From Octopus bimaculoides (Eukaryota), in contig NC_068999.1 in the NCBI RefSeq assembly GCF_001194135.2, positions 38,041,844 through 38,082,738 on the forward strand: a DNA stretch of 40,895 nt, given 5' to 3'. This document shows, piece by piece, positions 35,536-40,895 of this stretch (position 1 is the first letter of the stretch; each line of letters starts with the position of its first letter). Under the pieces are notes generated by a model. That model did not search any database and was not told the DNA's origin. It worked only from the letters and a program-made list of their open reading frames with translations. A program made the position numbers and the translations under genes.

Positions 35536-35752
35536 CTTTTCTACTCTAGGCACAAGGCCCGAAAGTTTTGGGGAGGGGCAGTCCATTAGATCAACTCCAG
35601 TACGCAACTGGTACTTAATATATCAACCCCGAAAGGATAATAGGCCAAGTCTACCTTAGAGAAATTTAAACTCAGAGCATAAAGACAGACTAAATATCGC
35701 CATGCATTTCGCCCGGCATGTTAGCGTTTCTGCCAGCTCGGCGCCTTAAGGG
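35536..35752 (-). mobile_element. Full-length SINE-A with an 11-bp target-site duplication
   Basis: Minus strand ggcgccgagctggcagaaacgctaac...ggccttgtgcctagagtagaaaag; TSD gagtaaatatt at 35525-35535 and 35753-35763. Confidence 0.92.
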
Positions 35753-35837
35753 GAGTAAATATTTCAGAAGCTATTGCAACCCGTTCTTCTATCGATTTTG
35801 ACACTTTAACAATGGAAATAATTATAATTTCTAATTA

Positions 35838-35952
35838 TTTTATTCTTTTATTATTTAAAGCCGAATCGCTAAGTTACGGGGACGTAAACACTAACATCGG
35901 TTATCAAGCGATGGTGGAAAGACAAACACAGACACACAAACACACACACACG

Positions 35953-35999
<47 letters not shown>

Positions 36000-36122
36000 G
36001 CGACAGGCTTCTTTCAGTTTCCATCTATCAAATCCACTCACAAGACTTTCGTCGGTCCGAGGAGATCGCGGAATCATGTGGTTGGTAAGCAAGCTACTTA
36101 CCCCACAGCCACTCCTATGCCT
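35838..36122 (-). mobile_element. SINE-B, well preserved, with internal deletions and a CA/TA tract
   Basis: gccgaatcgctaagttacggggacgtaaacac...cgacaggcttctttcagtttcc...atgtggttggtaagcaagctacttaccccacagccactcctatgcct. Confidence 0.9.
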
Positions 36123-36264
36123 AAAAATGTTGTGCCCCAGGTAAAGAATCTTCCGATGCTCTAAAGACACTATCAGCCAGCTGCCTTCTTCCATCGAGTG
36201 TAATATTGGTTTCAAATTTAGGCATAAAACCACCACTTTTACGAAACCCAATATACCCATCATG

Positions 36265-36590
36265 ACTACCTGTCTGATACAAAGATAAGCCTCACAAACG
36301 GAGCCTGCACGTGCTCACCGTCCAAAAATCGTGGTGTAACCTAAGAGTGTGTCTTTGCATTAGGAGCCACGGCATACCTGATCCGCCACTCAGTTGAAGC
36401 TGGCAAGAGACTGATCACCTGACCATTGGAACTCGTTCATTCCACAAGAATTTAAATGAGACGCTACAACTTGTTGAAGCAGTAACCGGAACTAGTAATA
36501 AGCACGTCTGGGATTTAGTTCATTGGCCTCAACTCAAATGTAGGGCAAAACCTTGTCCCTTGACGTCTTTGGTCGTGACTTGGGTGCAAC
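36265..36590 (-). mobile_element. Internal Tx1-like ORF2 fragment (third copy)
   Basis: FKFLWNERVPMVR*SVSCQLQLSGGSGMPWLLMQRHTLRLHH fits the L1/Tx1 post-RT motif F.FLW.G..P.V.R...GGLG.P and overlaps the LFKLLWRGQAPLV segment of the 11160-12502 copy. Confidence 0.8.
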
Positions 36591-36633
36591 TTGTATAAAT
36601 TAAAGCAAAGCCAAAATATAATATAATAATAAC

Positions 36634-36807
36634 AGTTTCGAATTTTGGCTGAATGCCAGCAGTGTTTAAGGGGAGAGAACATTAAATTGGATCAATCTCA
36701 GTACTTGACAGGTGCTTATTTCATCGATCAGAAAAAGATTAAAGAGAAAGTCGACCTCGGCAGATTTTGAAATCGTTCGAAATAATGCTAACGATTCTGC
36801 CAGCTCA
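36634..36807 (-). mobile_element. SINE-A, tail running into (ATT)n
   Basis: gtacttgacaggtgcttatttcatcgatc...aaagtcgacctcggcagatttt...gctaacgattctgccagctc. Confidence 0.8.
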
Positions 36808-37502
36808 GTTTTTTCTTCTCTGTGTATATATTTTTACCAAGTGGAAGAAGAAAATGAAACATATTGAATGATTTGTCCTTCTATAAATCAAGACAAAATA
36901 AGAATGAAAAAAAAAACAAAAAGACTACAGTTAGGGTTAAGCTAAATCAAAAATATTTAAATTCCGTCAACTAATCCGATCCTACATTACCCATCTATGA
37001 AGACTACGCATAAACATAGAAGACTACAGCAATTAGTTTATGCAAGAGAAAAGGTTGTATCAGGGGTAATAAATATTGATAGAAATTACAAGAAACATCT
37101 GAGACTGGAGCGTAAATTAAGGAATAAAGTAAGTGAAGAGAAATTATAGTGCTGAGACATCAAGTGAAATGTATTAAAGTAAAAATCGAAGATGTGTAAT
37201 CTCAGAACATATTAAAATGTTGAAGACTTTAATTATAGCAAGAGATTTCAATCTATTTAAGAGCTAATGAATTATGAATAAATAAGAATTGGTTAAATGA
37301 ATTCAAATCTAGAGTAAAAATTAGTATGGTAGACAATAATAACTAAAGCTAGGAAAGTATGGAAGAAGTTGTGTACCCCAAAGAAAAGCTGTCCATATGG
37401 TAGGCATCTGGTAGCAAAAACAGTGATTTTAGATCAAATATGAACAGTTGTAAAGTTAGTGCTGAGACTGGTGACAATATAGATTCCGACAATGATGAGA
37501 TC

Positions 37503-37724
37503 TTTTCTGTTTTTATATTTGTCAGTCATTTGACTGCGGCTCTACTGGGTTACCACATTGGAGAAATTTTAGTCGAATGAATCGAGAAATTTAAATCAAA
37601 TGAATCGACTCCAGCACTTTATTTAAAGGCTGCTACTTAGCTTATCTATTGTTTTTGCTGAACCGCTAAGATAAGAGGACGTAAACACACCAATAGCAGC
37701 TGGTACGAGAGAAAGATACACACA

Positions 37725-37808
<84 letters not shown>

Positions 37809-38081
37809 ATCACACACACACACATTATTAACTACATATACCTGATGTATATGCCTCATATATATTCGGGTGGCTGCAATAGCGTGGTGGAGTATATACA
37901 CTCTCAAAGTGTCGTATATTAAAGCATCTCAAAATAATGTATAGGCGAGATAACTCACCCTGAATCCCTTTTAAGGGGTGAGTTACCTCGCATATCCATA
38001 ATTCTGAGGTGATTTAACACTCGGCATTTGAGAGTTTATATACAACACCACGCCAGTGCAGCCACGGGAAATATATATGTG

Positions 38082-38140
<59 letters not shown>

Positions 38141-38196
38141 ACAAACACACACACACACACACACACACATACACACGACAGGCTTCTTTCTGTTTT
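37503..38196 (-). mobile_element. SINE-B whose internal (CA)n tract is interrupted by a fold-back element
   Basis: Tail cagtcatttgactgcggc, central gctgaaccgctaagataagaggacgtaaacacacc, (CA)n, insert, (CA)n, then cgacaggcttctttc. Confidence 0.7.
37861..38076. mobile_element. Fold-back MITE-like element: 100-bp arms, 15-nt loop, TA-rich ends
   Basis: 37861-37960 versus the reverse complement of 37976-38075 is about 80% identical by manual alignment; inner stem gcgag-taactcaccc / gggtgagtta-ctcgc. Confidence 0.8.
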
Positions 38197-38291
38197 TGGC
38201 ATTGTTTTCCCATTGACCGCTGCCGGTTAATTTGTAGTTATTCTCCTCGTCTCCGGTTCTTTCAAGTTTATTTTTAAGGCATAGAACCAAT

Positions 38292-38790
38292 TTAACCCTT
38301 AGGCAAATTGACTGGTCCATGTGACATCAGGACCTGGCCATACATCTTTGGACTTTTTGTGTGATGGAAGTTGGTACAGCTAATGGCATTATAAATGCAT
38401 GCAATCAATCGCAGCATAGTTTCATATGGTACCAAAAAGGTACTAAAATTCTTAAGAAACGAGAACATATATTGAGCTAACAACATGTGTCTCCATGCTT
38501 TCACAAACAACATATCCACATAATCCATAGAAGATTTAAGCTTACAGGATACACTGGTTATAAGCAAGAAATAAATTTGACAAAAAACATTTTCAAGGAC
38601 ATCATCTGAGATGAAAGTTTGTCTCTATTTCAATTAATCAACAAAATTACCACAAAACCCAAAAACTATATGCAATTGAGTGAAAAATAAGAAAAAATAA
38701 TTAATCAACTTTAGTGTATTCGTCCATACAAAAAAAGGAGCAAACATTGATACTTACAAAGTGAAATATTAAAAGGTTAGAGTTAATAAT
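38292..38790 (-). mobile_element. Possible decayed piggyBac-derived element
   Basis: TTAA-CCCTT terminus at 38292-38300; weak counterpart aaaaggttag at 38771; minus-strand MDYVDML and WYHMKL..AFI loosely resemble MGGVD..D and KWY.KLF..NAFI. Confidence 0.25.
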
Positions 38791-39207
38791 CGATTTTATT
38801 GCACGAAGATGGTTGTCAAATGTTGCAAGTCAGCAGGTTTGTGCACGTGGTTCGTGCACGTGGTTTCTGACATATGAAACTTCTATGGAGGCGTATAGCT
38901 GTTAGTTTTCCGGCGGAAGCAAAATGGAATAGAGTGACAGTTATGGCTGTTGTAACTGTTTCGTAGGGTTGACAGTATTCAGAGGTTCGGAAACACAGAG
39001 AGGTTTTCCCTTGAAACATATACCTGATAACCAGCTTACTCAATTATTTAATTCTTCCTGTCTTACTTCCTTTTAAATATTGTGAAATCAGCAGTTTATC
39101 GATTGATTTCAATTGCTCTCTCTCTCTCTCACTCTCTCTCTCTCACTCTCTCTCTCTCTCTTTCTCTCACTCTCTCTCTCTCTCTCTCTCTATNNNNNNN
39201 NNNCTCA

Positions 39208-39242
<35 letters not shown>

Positions 39243-40133
39243 CCTCTCTCCCTCTCCCATATGTTTATATACACTAGAAAGCTCTAATTAGACCGACCGA
39301 CACATTTCTGAAATTGTTTCCATTATCTTCTGGAAAGATTAAAATAATATTAAGTGTTCACTACATGATTATAATAAGGTTTTATGATTCATTGAAGAAG
39401 GAAGAGTTGAACATGTTACAAATTCACGATCCTCATTGGTTTCACCGTTTTAGCCGTTGCTCTGTTTACAGAGCGTCGTGTACCATAATTCGGAAAAAAA
39501 TTATCCTAATCTATTTTCGTTATCACGTCACGAATTTGTAATTAGTCTTTTAATATTCCTGGCAGAACCATGGTAAAACTGGTAAAAATTGCTCTTGGTA
39601 AAACGATATTTACCCGATGGCTTCTAAAACAATGACTGAAATAATGTCCGTCTCATACGTCACTAAAACACGGAAAGAAGTGACGAATGCGCAAGATGAT
39701 AAATCAAGCTCGATGACCTTTCGTCTTATTAATTAATATTTTAGATAATCATATTCTTATTAATAATCATAATTATTTGTTGTTATTATTTTTATTGTAA
39801 TTTCTATTATAATGGCTAACATTTGATTTTTGATATATCAAAAGGCTGCTTAATGTTATCAGTATTGAATACTTTCACATCTACAGATTGTAAAAGATAA
39901 CATTTCTGAAGCTACGACGAAATATTAAAGGAAAGAAAAATAAAAAAAAAGTCATAAGTTGAGAAACGATATTATCTGATGTTAAGAAAATAGGGAAATG
40001 AAAGGGAAAGGGGTGGGGAGAGGAACGTTAACTTCGATTCTACGCGTTCGCTAATCAACTCACAATTTAATAATCAAATTTTTAATTGAATATTTACTTT
40101 TGTATAGAGAGAATTTGAAATGGTATAACGATC

Positions 40134-40169
<36 letters not shown>

Positions 40170-40382
40170 ATCTGTCTATCCATCTTTCTTTCTATCTTTC
40201 TTTCTCTGTCCATTTCTGCCTGTATCTACCTCTCTGCTTCTTTGTGTTGAAGAAGGAGAAGGAAAAGGTAAGGAAAAACATGAGAAGAAAAAGGAGGAAA
40301 AGGATAAGAAGCAGAAGGCAAAGACGTAGAAAAGGAGGTGAAGAAGTAGAAGAGAAAGAAAGAAGCGAAAAAGAAGGAAAGG

Positions 40383-40475
40383 AAGAAGAAGAAGAAGAAG
40401 AAGAAGAAGAAGAAGAAGAAGAAGAAGAAGAAGAAGAAGAAGAAGAAGAAAAAAATAAGAAGAAGAAGAAGAAGA
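40383..40475. repeat. (GAA)n microsatellite in a purine-rich tract
   Basis: Seen directly; explains the poly-E/K ORF 40100-40498. Confidence 0.97.
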
Positions 40476-40815
40476 AATTCCACTTTAATACTGATTGATC
40501 ACTGGAACATTAATATTCCTGTTAAAGATATTTATCTATAAAAATACATAAATAAATATATATACCACCGTATGTTTATATAGCCATGTTCCATATAAAA
40601 TCATCATTATCGTCATCATCATCCTCATCATCATCAGCAGCAGCAGCAATTCCATTTTCATCACCATTCCCACTGTCAAAGTCGTCACCGATATGATTGG
40701 TAACATTTTTTTTTCAAATGCAAGCATTTAAATATTTAATGCACAACTTTTATGACTATACGTTCTTTTATTTATTCCTCTCTCTACCCACTCTCTCTTC
40801 GTACATATATATATT

Positions 40816-40895
<80 letters not shown>

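Noticed and set aside
36931-36940. ttagggttaa (telomere-like or piggyBac end)
   Set aside because: A single unit with no array and no partner terminus.
36900-37500. A-rich stretch with IARDFNL (APE GDFN-like)
   Set aside because: A single short motif among many stops is insufficient to call a LINE.

Overview
AT-rich eukaryotic draft-assembly window with nine N gaps and dense microsatellites. The SINE families and repeat landscape are those I recognise from Octopus genomes (recalled, not searched). No intact or nameable gene is visible, and almost all long ORFs in the track are artefacts of simple repeats or N runs. The window is a retroelement graveyard: three Tx1-like (L1 clade) ORF2 fragments, two restriction-like-endonuclease (RLE) fragments (one Dong/R4-like inside (TAA)n), several RTE-type RT fragments, about 20 copies of two tRNA-type SINE families (called SINE-A and SINE-B here), a 215-bp fold-back MITE-like element and a 1.58-kb inverted-repeat pair. 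A few low-confidence minus-strand exon candidates remain. The most interesting pattern is that Tx1-like LINE 3' ends and SINE-A 3' ends share a terminal motif and usually sit in (ATT)n on their sense strand, while the Dong-like element uses the same microsatellite from the opposite strand. This suggests an (ATT)n-targeting Tx1/SINE partnership, which is inference only. An Illumina adapter remnant is also embedded at 12754-12766. All alignments and identities were done by eye.
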